From the NCBI GenBank assembly GCA_025363655.1, contig JANYDK010000135.1:1-35345 (forward strand): a DNA stretch of 35,345 nucleotides, in the 5' to 3' direction. Source of the stretch: Deltaproteobacteria bacterium. Its GTDB lineage: Bacteria > Myxococcota_A > Polyangia > Polyangiales > JADJMO01. Of this stretch, positions 9,403-19,448 are shown in pieces. Both the position numbers and the translations under genes were made by a program. The number at the start of each line of letters is the position of its first letter. Positions within the stretch are counted from its first letter, which is position 1. Under the pieces are notes generated by a model. The model searched no databases and had not been told where the DNA came from. It saw only the letters and a list, made by a program, of their open reading frames with translations.

Positions 9403-10536
9403 TCACATCCCGCGGATCACCGTGTTCTCGCAATCCCACTTGATGACGTTGGTGATGCCCCAGAACATGTAGATGCCGAAGGTGAACTGCGCGAGCAGGC
9501 TGTTGACGATTTGGAGCACGAAATTCTGCCCGCCGGTGCCGTTGAAGGCGATCGCATAGGTGCGCCCGCGGAGCTGAATCTTGGTGTTCTCGTAGTTGAA
9601 CTTCTTCAGGTTCACTTCGAACCAGAAGTAGTAGATGCCCAGCGTGATGATCGTCAGCAACATGCCGACGATGAACTTGCCGAAGAGCGTTCCGCCCTTG
9701 CCCTCGAAGGTGAAGCCGCCGATGACCTGGCCCTGCTCGACGATCTCGGTGTTTTCGAGGAACCACTTGCGATAATCGCAGAGCGCCCACGGCGTGTAGA
9801 TGTAGAGCGTGATCCCCATCAAGAGGGCGTTCACCAGGTATTTGACGAAGAACTGGCCGCCGGTTCCCTTGAAGCGCAGCTGGATGATGCGGCCGTCCGC
9901 GGTCTGTGCGTGGGTGTTTTCGCAGCCCCATTTGACGAGGCCGATGATGAACCACGGCATGTAGATGCCGGCGGTGATGATCGTCAGGAGAAGCCCGCCG
10001 ATGAACTTGCCGAAGAGCGTGCCGCCGGTTCCCTTGAAGTGGAAACGCACCGGCCCGGCCGGCGTATTGGCGACCGTCTTCGAGGCGAAGTAGTCGAACA
10101 TCTTGCACATGAACCAAGGCATGTAGATGTAGAGCGTGATCGCCGTGAGAATCAGCCCGACGATCAGCTTGCCGAAGAGCTCGCCGCCCGTGCCCTCGTA
10201 GGCGAGGCGCGTGATGTCACCCCCGGCGCCGGCCTGTGCTGCGTACTGTTGCCCCGGCGGCGGATATCCCGGCGGCGCCCCATACCCCGGCGGCGGTTGA
10301 TAGCCTTGTTGCTGCTGAGGATATCCCGGCTGTTGCGGATAGCCCTGCTGCGGTTGTTGCTGCGGGTATCCCGGTTGCTGTTGTTGTTGTTGCGGGTATC
10401 CCGGCTGCTGACCGTACGAAGCCTGTTGCGGCCCCGGCTGCTGCGGTTGCCCATATCCCGGCGGCGCTCCGTAGCCCGGCGGACCTCCATACCCCGGCGG
10501 TTGCCCGCCACCTCCACCATAGCCTCCCGGATTCAT
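9403..10536 (-). CDS. DUF898 (YjgN-like) membrane protein with five tandem DUF898 repeats and an N-terminal Pro/Gln/Gly/Tyr-rich low-complexity region
   Basis: N-terminal ~95 aa of PGYG/QQP repeats. Then five copies of the motif F-x-G-x-GG-x-(L/F)F-G-K-x-I-x-x-x-LLT-I-I-T-x-GIY-x-PW (e.g. FEGKGGTLFGKFIVGMLLTIITLGIYYFWF), each followed by ..ENT... Confidence 0.7.
   Translation of the reverse strand: MNPGGYGGGGGQPPGYGGPPGYGAPPGYGQPQQPGPQQASYGQQPGYPQQQQQQPGYPQQQPQQGYPQQPGYPQQQQGYQPPPGYGAPPGYPPPGQQYAAQAGAGGDITRLAYEGTGGELFGKLIVGLILTAITLYIYMPWFMCKMFDYFASKTVANTPAGPVRFHFKGTGGTLFGKFIGGLLLTIITAGIYMPWFIIGLVKWGCENTHAQTADGRIIQLRFKGTGGQFFVKYLVNALLMGITLYIYTPWALCDYRKWFLENTEIVEQGQVIGGFTFEGKGGTLFGKFIVGMLLTIITLGIYYFWFEVNLKKFNYENTKIQLRGRTYAIAFNGTGGQNFVLQIVNSLLAQFTFGIYMFWGITNVIKWDCENTVIRGM
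10230..10530. repeat. Low-complexity PQGY-rich coding repeats (CCCGGCTGCTG / CCGGGTATCC type) inside the DUF898 gene
   Basis: Repetitive codon runs visible in the nucleotide sequence. Confidence 0.5.
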
Positions 10537-10735
10537 CGCGACCTCCCGCCTCAGGCGTTCGTAGGAGCCGCGATGCTACCGATCGCCGCGCGACTAGCAA
10601 CGCGCACCTGGGACATGCTCGGCGCAGGCCGGAGGTTCTCGCTCTCGCTCCGCTCTCTCACGGGGAAGGTTCGTGTGCTAAGCTTCGGCGCCCCGAGGGA
10701 AATCGTGCTCGAAATCGAGCGAAGGAGCGGAAGCC

Positions 10736-11914
10736 ATGGGTCGTAGGGTCAACGTCATCGGCGTCGGAATGACCAAGTTCCAAAAGCCGGGAGCCAGCGA
10801 CGATTACAACGTGATGGCGGCAGGCGCGATCAAGGCCGCGCTCGGCGACGCCAAGGTCGGCTACGAAGACATCGAGCAGGCCTTCGCCGGCTACGTCTAC
10901 GGCGACAGCACCTGTGGCCAGCGGGCGGTCTACGAGGTCGGCATCACCGGCATCCCCGTCTTCAACGTCAACAACAACTGCTCCACCGGCTCGACCGCGC
11001 TCATGCTCGGCAAGCAGGCGATCGAAGGCGGCATCGCCGAGTGCGTGCTCGTCGTCGGCTTCGAGAAGATGGAGAAGGGTGCCCTCGGCTCGAAATTCTC
11101 CGATCGCACGAATCCCCTGGAAAAGCACGCGATGGTGATGAGCAACCTGCAGGGCTTCAACCAAGCTCCGCCGGCTGCGCAGATGTTCGGCGGTGCCGGT
11201 CGCGAGTACCGCTGGCGCTACGGCACCAAGCGCGAGACCTTCGGCAAGATCAGCGAGAAGGCGCGCAAGCACGCGTCGAAGAACCCCCTCGCGCTCTTCA
11301 ACCAAGTGCTCAGCCTCGACGAGATCATGGCGAGCGAAGAGGTCTTCGATCCGCTCACCCGCTACCAGTGCTGCCCCCCGACGTGCGGCGGCGCCGCGGC
11401 GATCCTCTGCAGCGACGACTTCGCCAAGAAAAAGGGCATTTCCGCGCCGATCTACATCGCCGCGCAGGCCATGACCACCGACTACGGCAGCTCGTTCGGC
11501 GACAGCATGATCAAGATGGTCGGCTACGACATGACCGTCGCCGCCGCGAAGAAGGTCTACGAGCAGAGCGGCGTCGGCCCCGAGGACGTGCAGGTCGTCG
11601 AGCTCCACGACTGCTTCACCGCCAACGAGCTCCTCACCTACGAGGCACTCGGACTCTGCAAAGAAGGTGAAGCCGAGAAGTTCATCTGGGAAGGCCAGAA
11701 CACCTACGGCGGCAAGTGGGTGACCAACCCCTCGGGGGGGCTCCTCTCCAAGGGCCATCCGCTCGGCGCGACGGGCCTCGCGCAGTGCACCGAATTGGTG
11801 AACCAACTGCGCGGCGCCGCCGGCGATCGTCAGGTCTCGGGGGCCAAGGCGGCGCTCCAGCACAACCTCGGCCTCGGCGGCGCCTGCGTCGTGACGATGT
11901 ATCGGAAGGACTAG
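10736..11914 (+). CDS. SCP-x type thiolase / non-specific lipid-transfer protein thiolase domain (propanoyl-CoA C-acyltransferase-like)
   Basis: [30 protein letters not shown]...[13 protein letters not shown]. Strong resemblance to the SCPx/Ltp thiolase family. Confidence 0.85.
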   Translation: MGRRVNVIGVGMTKFQKPGASDDYNVMAAGAIKAALGDAKVGYEDIEQAFAGYVYGDSTCGQRAVYEVGITGIPVFNVNNNCSTGSTALMLGKQAIEGGIAECVLVVGFEKMEKGALGSKFSDRTNPLEKHAMVMSNLQGFNQAPPAAQMFGGAGREYRWRYGTKRETFGKISEKARKHASKNPLALFNQVLSLDEIMASEEVFDPLTRYQCCPPTCGGAAAILCSDDFAKKKGISAPIYIAAQAMTTDYGSSFGDSMIKMVGYDMTVAAAKKVYEQSGVGPEDVQVVELHDCFTANELLTYEALGLCKEGEAEKFIWEGQNTYGGKWVTNPSGGLLSKGHPLGATGLAQCTELVNQLRGAAGDRQVSGAKAALQHNLGLGGACVVTMYRKD

Positions 11915-11946
11915 GCGCGAAGTCGCCCGCGAACGGGAGTCGGTGA

Positions 11947-12306
11947 ATGACGACGGACCGTGAGTTCGACGATCGAATCGTCGCGGAGCTTCGTGCGATT
12001 CCCGGCGAAGAAGGAGGCTCGCTCTTCGACGAGCTGGCCTCCTTTTTTCGCGGGACGATCGTCACCGAAGACGAGAAGCTCGTGCGTGCGATCGCCGCTG
12101 GAGACCTGCGCGAAGGTGCACGCGCGGCGCATCGCATGATCGGGGCCGCCGCGGCGGTCGGCGCGCTCTCGCTCTCGAGGGCCGCGGCCACGCTCGAACG
12201 GGCGCTGCACGATGCGCCGATGGAACCGAAGGACGAGCTCGTCGCGGCCGTGCGTGCCGCTGCCGACGCTGCGCTGCGCTACGTCGAGTCGCCGCCTCCG
12301 AAGTGA
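11947..12306 (+). CDS. Hpt (histidine phosphotransfer) domain protein
   Basis: AHRMIGAAAAVGALSLSRAAATLE matches the Hpt HxxKGxxxxxGA motif. 119 aa. Confidence 0.65.
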   Translation: MTTDREFDDRIVAELRAIPGEEGGSLFDELASFFRGTIVTEDEKLVRAIAAGDLREGARAAHRMIGAAAAVGALSLSRAAATLERALHDAPMEPKDELVAAVRAAADAALRYVESPPPK

Positions 12307-12346
12307 GCGCGAGCAATGGTGAGGTGAGGCTCGAGTTGCTACCTTC

Positions 12347-13699
12347 GTGACCCCGCTCGCATCTCACGCCCGCGCGAGCCGCCCGATGCCCCCACCTACC
12401 CACGCCGCCCCGACGAACTCCCCGGCCTCCAACGACTCTGCGCCTCCTCCGGCCGAGCGCACCGTCATCTTCCTGGTCGCTGCCGTTCAGTTCGTGAACG
12501 TCCTCGACTTCATGATGGTGATGCCGATGGGGCCTGATTTCGCCCGCGCGCTCGCCATTCCGAGCTCGCACATCGGCCTCATCGGCGGCGCCTACACGGC
12601 AGCCGCGGCGGTCGCCGGGCTCGTCGGCTCTCTCTTCCTCGACCGCTTCGACCGTCGCAAGGCGCTCGCGGTCAGCATGCTCGGCCTCGTCATCGCCACC
12701 GCGCTCGGCGGCTTCGCACAAGGCCTCGGAACGCTCGTCGGCGCGCGCATCCTCGCGGGCGTCTTCGGTGGACCGGCAACTTCGCTCGCGCTCTCCATCG
12801 TCGCCGACGTGGTGCCTCCGCAGCGTCGCGGTCGGGCGATGGGCGCGGTCATGGGCGCGTTCGCGGTCGCCTCGGTGCTCGGCGTTCCCTTGGGTCTCGA
12901 GCTCGCCAGTCGCGGTGGTTTTCGGCTGCCGTTCTTCGCGGTCGCGGCGCTCGGCGCGGTCATCACCTTGCTCGCCATTGCACGGCTACCGTCGATGCGC
13001 GGACATTTGCACAAGAAGGGCGATGGATTCCACGCCGCCTCTCCGCTCGAGCTGGCGAAGAACCCGACGGTGATCGCGTCGTATGTCGCCATCGCTATGA
13101 TGATGATGAGCGGCTTCGTCCTCATCCCCAACATCTCGAGCTACTTGCAAGAGAACCTGCACTACCCGCGCGAGCACCTCGGCCGTCTCTATCTCGTCGG
13201 CGGCGTCCTCAGCTTCGTCGTCCTTCGCATCGTCGGCCGCGTCGTCGACAGGTTCGGCTCGGCCATCGTGGCTGCGTTCGGCGCTACCCTGTTCGGCGTC
13301 ACTTGTTATCTGTTCTTCGTCGTGGCGACGCCGCCGCTGCCGATCATGGTGCTGTTCGTGATGTTCATGCTCTGTGGCTCGGTGCGCAGCATTCCGATCA
13401 GCGCGCTCTCGTCACGCATTCCGGCGCCGCGGGAACGGGCCGCGTACATGTCGATTCAATCGAGCGTGCAGCATCTCGCGTCGGCGACCGGGGCGTTTCT
13501 TTCGTCGAAGTTGTTGGAGGAGAGGGCCGATCGGTCGCTGGTGGGGATGAGCCGTTTGGCGGTGCTCGCGATTGTCGTCGGGGCGCTGCTGGTGCCCTTC
13601 GTTGCCTATGTGGAGGCGAGAGTGCGGGCGAAGGAGAAGCGTCGGGACGGGGATGAGGGCGTGAGAGTGGCTGAGACGGTGGCCGCGCCGGAGGGGTGA
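12347..13699 (+). CDS. MFS transporter
   Basis: 12 predicted TM helices. MFS signature around FDRRKALAVSMLGLVIATALGGF...GARILAGVFGGPATSLALSIVADVVPPQRRGRAMG. Alternative start 12386 (MPPP...). Confidence 0.8.
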   Translation: MTPLASHARASRPMPPPTHAAPTNSPASNDSAPPPAERTVIFLVAAVQFVNVLDFMMVMPMGPDFARALAIPSSHIGLIGGAYTAAAAVAGLVGSLFLDRFDRRKALAVSMLGLVIATALGGFAQGLGTLVGARILAGVFGGPATSLALSIVADVVPPQRRGRAMGAVMGAFAVASVLGVPLGLELASRGGFRLPFFAVAALGAVITLLAIARLPSMRGHLHKKGDGFHAASPLELAKNPTVIASYVAIAMMMMSGFVLIPNISSYLQENLHYPREHLGRLYLVGGVLSFVVLRIVGRVVDRFGSAIVAAFGATLFGVTCYLFFVVATPPLPIMVLFVMFMLCGSVRSIPISALSSRIPAPRERAAYMSIQSSVQHLASATGAFLSSKLLEERADRSLVGMSRLAVLAIVVGALLVPFVAYVEARVRAKEKRRDGDEGVRVAETVAAPEG

Positions 13700-13724
13700 G
13701 CTCAGCGCTTTTCCCTACTCCTTC

Positions 13725-13934
13725 CTACTCCTTGATCAACAAAACGTGGATGGCCTTCACCACCACGCGCACCTTGTCTCCCTTGGCGAGCGCCATCTCC
13801 TTCAGCGAGTCGCTCGTCATCACCGAGGTGAGGTCGATCGTGCCATCGAGGTGAACGCCCACTTGCGCCATGACGGTGCCTTCCTTGATGGCGGTGACGG
13901 TGCCGACGATGTCGTTGCGTGCTCCAATTTTCAT
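13725..13934 (-). CDS. TOBE / Mop molybdopterin(molybdate)-binding domain protein
   Basis: MKIGARNDIVGTVTAIKEGTVMAQVGVHLDGTIDLTSVMTSDSLKEMALAKGDKVRVVVKAIHVLL is a typical single TOBE domain. Start taken at the internal Met. Confidence 0.75.
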   Translation of the reverse strand: MKIGARNDIVGTVTAIKEGTVMAQVGVHLDGTIDLTSVMTSDSLKEMALAKGDKVRVVVKAIHVLLIKE

Positions 13935-13996
13935 GGCGTGAGAGTACGCCGGCGATCGGTCTTTGGGGAGCGAGCGAGCCAACTTCTCGAACGCCC

Positions 13997-16501
13997 TCAA
14001 TTCTCGATCTTCACCGACTTCAAAACCGCTCCCCCTGGCTTCAACCCCGTCGGCGGCCCTCCCACAGGCGCAAGCGCGGGCACAGGCACAGGCACAGGCG
14101 CAGGCCCCGGCGCACCCCCGGGCGCATACGCCGCCGCCGGCCCAACCTTCCCCACCATCTCCCCCACGGGCTTCCCCGCCTCATGCGTCAGCACATCCTT
14201 CTCTTTCGCCGCCTCATCGAGGTCGGCCTGCTCGTCGGCCTTGGCCTGCACCTGACGAATCTCCTCCAAGAGCCCGTGCGTGCGTGAGTAATCGACCATC
14301 GGCTCCCACGTACCTGGTTTGCCCGCGAATACGAAATAGCGATCGATGAACTCTTGCCTCTCTTGCGTCTTTCTCTCGAAAATCGCCCGCAAATCCGCGG
14401 GATCGCGGACCACGTAGGGAGTCAGAATCAGGAGCAGATTGCGCTTCTGATTCGCCTTCGTCGACTTCTTGAAGAGCATTCCAATCAGCGGAATGTCGCC
14501 GAGGATTGGCACTTTGTATTCTTCGCTCTTCTGCACGTCGCGGACGAGGCCGCCGATGACGACGGTCTGACCGTCTTGGACGACGACCTGCGTCTTGGCG
14601 GTGCGGATGATCACCGTCGGCGTCAGCGTGCCCGCGCCGACGGAGCCCTGCTCGTTGATCTCCTCGTCGATCTCGAGGCGCACCTCGTTCGAGTCGTTGA
14701 TGTGCGGCAGGAGCTTGATGCGCGTCCCCACCTTCTGGCGCGAGACGGGAGTCACCAGCGAGGGAAAGGCGCCGAACGCTCCCGTCGCCGCGCCGGTACC
14801 GAGCGACGAGGCCGAGCTGCCGGTCGAGACGGAGATCTCTTCGCCGACGTTCATCTCCGCCGGGACGTTGTCGGTCGCCATCAAGTGCGGTGTCGAGATG
14901 ACATTCGAATCGACGCTGCTCGCGAGGGCCTGAATCGCCAGGCCGAACGCCGGAATGCTCAGCCCGGCGAGCGAGAGCACCGAATTGCTGCGCACGCCCA
15001 GCGCCATTCCCTGCAGGATGCTCGGATCGATCGACGTGGTCGCGGTCATCGCCGCGTTGGAGCCGCCGTAGATGAGCGAATCGAGCTGCCCGTCGGGCGC
15101 GCCGCCGTGGAATCCGATGTTGAGGGAGTCGGTGTGGTTGGTCGAGACCTCCATGATCACCGCCTCGAGAAAGACCTGCCGGCGCGCCTGATCGAGCTTG
15201 TCGATGACGCCGCGGAGGCTGGCGTAGTCGCGGAGGGAAGAGGTGATGACGAGCGAGTTGGTCGACTTGTCGGCAGTGATGCGGATCGGGCTCTCGAACA
15301 CGGTCGCGGTGCCGACGCCGGCTCCCCCTTTCGCGGGCGCACCTGGCGCCGCCGCCGTGCCGGCCTTGCTCGCGATGTCGCTCATCGTCTTGGCGAGCTC
15401 TTCGGCGTCCGCGTGTTGCAGCGGCAAGACGTGCACTTGTCCTTCACCGCTGAGCGGCACGTCGAGCATCTTCAAGACGTCGACGATGCGCAGATAGGCC
15501 TTTTCGGTGCCGATGACGATGACCGAGTTGGTGCGCTCGTCGGAGACGACTTTGGTGACCCGCGACTCCACCGCCTGGCTCCCCGGCCCCTTCACCGCGG
15601 GGGTCGGCGTCGCCGATTTGCCGACGTCGAAGATCTCGCTCAGCTTCGCGGCAATTTCGGCGGCGTTGGCGTAGTGCAGTGGCTCGTACCAGAGTTGATC
15701 ACCGACCCCGGCGACGTCGATCTCTTCGACGATCGTCATCATCCGCGCGATGTTGGTCCCGGTGTCGGTGATGACGAGGAGGTTGCCCGGGGAATAGATG
15801 GCGACGTCGGCGTCCTTGCTCTTGAAGTGCGTGAGTACGTTGGCGACCTCGTCGGCGGTGACGTACGTCAGCCTATGCAAGCGCGTGACATAACGGTCTT
15901 CGAGCGGCGTCGCCTTGCCCGGCCCGTAGATGGTCGTGGTCGTGTTGACGATCCCGGGTGTTTCCACGATCTTCAGGAATTTCCCGCTCGGAATCACCGT
16001 CAGCCCGTTCGTCTCCAGCACCGAGAGAAACGCCTGGTAGGCCTCGGCGACGGTGACCTTCTGCGGCGAATAGATCGTCGCCTTGATCGGCCGCACCTTG
16101 GCGCCGATGACGAAGCGGCGTCCCGTCAGTTGCCCCATCACCTTCACAAGCTCGGGCAGCTCGGCGTCCTCGAGCGAGAACTGCACCTTGTAGCCGGGAG
16201 GCTTGGGCTCGAACTCGATCTCGTCTTTGAACTGCGAGAGCGTGCCGGTGTCGCCGTTGCTCGAGCTGGCGCTCGCTGCCGGTTTGGCGTCCGGCTCCTT
16301 CAGCGGCGGTGACACGCTGGCGATCGGCGCTGCGCTGAGCACCGGCGGTGGCGCCTTGCCGATGTTCGCCGCCGCCACTTGCGCACGCGCCGCGCCGGCG
16401 AAGAAGACGAGCGCGAGAGGTCCGAGCGTGAAGAAGAGCGCCGGCAACAGGAGGTCTCGCCGCGGCGAAGTTCGCCGCAGCGTCGAGGGGGTTCGCATCA
16501 T
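13997..16501 (-). CDS. gspD: Type II secretion system secretin GspD family (N0-N3 domains + secretin domain) with a Pro/Ala-rich C-terminal extension
   Basis: Signal peptide. N0 domain (VQFSLEDAELPELVKVMGQLTGRRFVIG...AEAYQAFLSVLETNGLTVIPSGKFLKIVE). C-terminal secretin core (VVQDGQTVVIGGLVRD...VPILGDIPLIGMLFKKSTKANQKRNLLLILTPYVVRD). ~100-aa PA/VP-rich tail. Confidence 0.85.
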   Translation of the reverse strand: MMRTPSTLRRTSPRRDLLLPALFFTLGPLALVFFAGAARAQVAAANIGKAPPPVLSAAPIASVSPPLKEPDAKPAASASSSNGDTGTLSQFKDEIEFEPKPPGYKVQFSLEDAELPELVKVMGQLTGRRFVIGAKVRPIKATIYSPQKVTVAEAYQAFLSVLETNGLTVIPSGKFLKIVETPGIVNTTTTIYGPGKATPLEDRYVTRLHRLTYVTADEVANVLTHFKSKDADVAIYSPGNLLVITDTGTNIARMMTIVEEIDVAGVGDQLWYEPLHYANAAEIAAKLSEIFDVGKSATPTPAVKGPGSQAVESRVTKVVSDERTNSVIVIGTEKAYLRIVDVLKMLDVPLSGEGQVHVLPLQHADAEELAKTMSDIASKAGTAAAPGAPAKGGAGVGTATVFESPIRITADKSTNSLVITSSLRDYASLRGVIDKLDQARRQVFLEAVIMEVSTNHTDSLNIGFHGGAPDGQLDSLIYGGSNAAMTATTSIDPSILQGMALGVRSNSVLSLAGLSIPAFGLAIQALASSVDSNVISTPHLMATDNVPAEMNVGEEISVSTGSSASSLGTGAATGAFGAFPSLVTPVSRQKVGTRIKLLPHINDSNEVRLEIDEEINEQGSVGAGTLTPTVIIRTAKTQVVVQDGQTVVIGGLVRDVQKSEEYKVPILGDIPLIGMLFKKSTKANQKRNLLLILTPYVVRDPADLRAIFERKTQERQEFIDRYFVFAGKPGTWEPMVDYSRTHGLLEEIRQVQAKADEQADLDEAAKEKDVLTHEAGKPVGEMVGKVGPAAAYAPGGAPGPAPVPVPVPALAPVGGPPTGLKPGGAVLKSVKIEN

Positions 16502-16716
16502 CGTGAGGCGAGATTGCGATCGACGTGCCAGGGCTGCACGGTCGGTGAACGATGCACGAATTCTCGTGAAGTCGTGCGTGAACGAGTTGGCGAGACCTCG
16601 CGCTCGCGCACCTCTCTCGACAATCCGTCGCGCCCGACGTCGACGAGCTGTCAGCGTGACAGCGAACCCGAAGAGAGATCACTGTCTCGCGTGACCTCTT
16701 CGATGCATCATGCCCC

Positions 16717-17148
16717 ATGCGCCGTCGGCGAACCGTTCTCCTCGCAGCGACCATCGCCCTCTTCGCACTCGCCTGCGGCAAATCGATCGCGCGCATCCCC
16801 ATCGGCCCCCTCGGCGAGAGCGGCGAAACCGAGCTCGACCTCCCCGCCGGCACCAAGCTCCTCTTCGCGCTCCACGAAGAGGGCTATTCCTACGAGTCGG
16901 GCGGAGGCGTCGTCATCGACGCCAAGTTCCTGAAGAACGGCAAGAAGGTCGGCACCTTCACCTGCACGCCCTTCCTCTTCAAATCGGGCGGCGGCGGCGG
17001 CTGCGGTTCGACGACTGCTTACAACTCCGAGTGCGAGACGACGGTCCCGAAGCAAGGAGCAGACACGATTCGCGTGCACGTCCATTCGATGGCCGATTCG
17101 CCGACGGTGCAGATGAAGGGAATCGAGGTCGATGTGAGGCAGCTGTAG
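16717..17148 (+). CDS. Hypothetical lipoprotein (lipobox LAC)
   Basis: MRRRRTVLLAATIALFALACGK signal peptide. 143 aa. No domain recognised. Confidence 0.5.
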   Translation: MRRRRTVLLAATIALFALACGKSIARIPIGPLGESGETELDLPAGTKLLFALHEEGYSYESGGGVVIDAKFLKNGKKVGTFTCTPFLFKSGGGGGCGSTTAYNSECETTVPKQGADTIRVHVHSMADSPTVQMKGIEVDVRQL

Positions 17149-17149
17149 C

Positions 17150-17401
17150 CGAAACTGCGGCACATTCGAGTGAGTGTGTGAGCCTCGCGCCCGACGACTA
17201 CGACTCGGCCTTCATCGACGTCGTCTCGGAGGCGAGCACCAGCTTCACGCTCGACGGCGCCGAACCGACGGCGACAGCGCGCATGTGATCAAGGCGAACG
17301 AACCGATCGGCGTGCAGGTCCTCGGCTACGGCCGCTACACCAGCTACCAGTACCCGGCGGGTCTGGATTTGAAGCCGATTGCTCCGCCTCCGCCGCGCTA
17401 G
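17150..17401 (+). pseudogene. Possible frameshifted C-terminal gene remnant (..LAPDDYDSAFIDVVSEASTSFTLDGAEPTATAR / HVIKANEPIGVQVLGYGRYTSYQYPAGLDLKPIAPPPPR)
   Basis: Two adjacent frames each give protein-like sequence without a plausible start. No intact ORF. Confidence 0.25.
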
Positions 17402-17492
17402 CGCGTCTCCACCGCCCGTCTCCGCCGTGGGGATTTTCTGCGCGGAACGGTCCGCGATTCGCCCGCCGCGTGCGTTCCGCTATGGTTCGTTC

Positions 17493-18263
17493 ATGTCTTC
17501 GCTTGTCGTGTCTCGTATGTCTCGCGCGTCTCGCGTGTGCACCGCGCTCGCGCTCGTCGGCACCGTCATCGGCGCCATGTACGGCTGCGCGGTCGCCGAC
17601 ACGAGCATCGACGGCATCCCAGGAAAAGATGGCGGCGCCGACGCGCGTCACGACAGCGGCATCGGCGGCGCCGACACCGGAGGCAACGCCGACAGCAACA
17701 TCTTCCCCACCGAAGACACCTCTCCGCGGGTCGATACGGGCGGTGGCGGTGGTGACGACACCGGCGGCGGCGGCGACGACGCGAGCACTGGAACCGACAC
17801 CGGTGGCGGCGGCTCCCTCTGCGCGGCCAGCGATCCGTCGGCGTGTCCGGGTGCGACGTCGATCGGCAAGGTCAGCGGCGACACTGGCGGCGACACCGTC
17901 ACCAGCACCGGCACCGACAGCGGCTGGGTCACCGTCAAGGTCAGCGAAGACGATTCGAGCCTGTTTTCCAGCAAAGATTTGCGCGTACAGCTGACGCTCA
18001 CCTCGCCGTCCTCGGAGAACTTCGACCTCTACGTCTACGAGGGAAAGACGGTGAAGGACGGCGGCGGCGTCGAGTGCTCGTCCGTCGCCGGCTCTTCGAC
18101 CAACGCCGGTACCACCGACGTCGTCAACCTCACGTGGTCGGACAACCACCCCATCGGCGGCGCCGACGACACCCGCACCATCACCGTCGAAGTTCGCGCG
18201 GCGAGCGGCGTGAAGTGCGACGGCACGTCGTCTTGGACGATCAAGGTCGAAGGCAACAAGTAG
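17493..18263 (+). CDS. Gly/Asp/Thr-rich lipoprotein with a C-terminal beta-rich domain
   Basis: Start at MSSLVVSRMSRASRVCTALALVGTVIGAMYGCAV (lipobox YGC). Long GGGGDDTGGG low-complexity linker. ~130-aa C-terminal domain. Confidence 0.5.
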   Translation: MSSLVVSRMSRASRVCTALALVGTVIGAMYGCAVADTSIDGIPGKDGGADARHDSGIGGADTGGNADSNIFPTEDTSPRVDTGGGGGDDTGGGGDDASTGTDTGGGGSLCAASDPSACPGATSIGKVSGDTGGDTVTSTGTDSGWVTVKVSEDDSSLFSSKDLRVQLTLTSPSSENFDLYVYEGKTVKDGGGVECSSVAGSSTNAGTTDVVNLTWSDNHPIGGADDTRTITVEVRAASGVKCDGTSSWTIKVEGNK

Positions 18264-18292
18264 CGACGCGACTTGCGCGGCATGAATTCCCC

Positions 18293-19348
18293 TCAAGCCG
18301 CCAACATGTACCGATTCCCCCCCGACTGCTTCGCGACATACGCCTGCTCGTCGGCCCGACGCAGCAGCGACGCCGCTTGATCATCCTTCTGCGCCATCGC
18401 TAGCCCCACGCTCGCCGTCACCGGATGATCGGCCGAGAAGCGCTCTCCAATCGTCCGCACCGCTTGCACGACGCGCTCGGCGACGAGCTTGGCTTCGGCC
18501 TCGCCGGTGTCGAAGAGGAGAATGACGAACTCGTCACCGCCGTAGCGCGCAGCGACGTCGACCTCGCGCGTCGTCGCCCGCAACGCCTCACCGATTTCCT
18601 GTAGAAGCATGTCGCCGCGGAGGTGTCCTTGTGTGTCGTTGACGCGCTTGAAGGCGTCGAGATCGAACATCAAGAGCCCCAGTTGCCGACCGCGCCGGAC
18701 GAAGCCGAGACCTTCGTCGATCTTGTCGAGCAGGTGACGCCGATTGGCGAGCTTGGTCAGCGGATCGTGCCGGCTGAGGGATTCGAGGCGCGCGTTGGCG
18801 CGGACGAGGGCCGTCTCGCGTTCGGCGAGGGCGCGCTGCATGATGCCGACGGTCCCCGTCGACGCGCCGAGAATCAGCGACGTCAGCGAGAAGGCGCTGA
18901 TCGCCTCGAGGCGTGTCGGCAGCGTCAGCGGCGTGATCGCATCTGGTGCATACGGCAACCATCCACTGCGCTCGGCGAAGAGAATGAGTCCGTACGCGAT
19001 GGACGCCAGCACTGCCTGGACGATGCCTACGCGCAGCCCGACGGCCAGCGTGTTGAGCACGCCGCAGAGGAAATAGAGCGACACCAGCGGCGTCGCGACG
19101 CTGCCGACGCAATGCACGAGGAAGGTGATGAGGAAGAGATCGACGAGCCCGAAGACGAGCGAACGAACGCGCCCGCCGATTTTTCGGCCGATGAGCACCT
19201 GCTCGATCATCGCGAGCCCGAGATAGGCGGCGAGGATCATCCGATGCTCACCCATCTTCGGGTTCAAGACAGGGAGCAGCACCAGCGCGAGAGCGCCGAG
19301 CACGAGTCGGGAGATTCCCGCTCGGAAGACGATCTGTTCCCGCCGCAT
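18293..19348 (-). CDS. Membrane-anchored GGDEF diguanylate cyclase
   Basis: About 5 N-terminal TM helices. Then RHDPLTKLANRR...LLMFDLDAFKRVNDTQGHLRGD...RYGGDEFVILL (GGDEF). Confidence 0.85.
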   Translation of the reverse strand: MRREQIVFRAGISRLVLGALALVLLPVLNPKMGEHRMILAAYLGLAMIEQVLIGRKIGGRVRSLVFGLVDLFLITFLVHCVGSVATPLVSLYFLCGVLNTLAVGLRVGIVQAVLASIAYGLILFAERSGWLPYAPDAITPLTLPTRLEAISAFSLTSLILGASTGTVGIMQRALAERETALVRANARLESLSRHDPLTKLANRRHLLDKIDEGLGFVRRGRQLGLLMFDLDAFKRVNDTQGHLRGDMLLQEIGEALRATTREVDVAARYGGDEFVILLFDTGEAEAKLVAERVVQAVRTIGERFSADHPVTASVGLAMAQKDDQAASLLRRADEQAYVAKQSGGNRYMLAA

Positions 19349-19448
19349 TCGCCCCTTGCTCGGAACGTAGCGCCAAAGTTCGCTACGCGTCAGTCGTCGA
19401 GGCTTTGCCGCAGCGCGCCAAACGATCGGCGACCGTTCCCCGGGGCCA

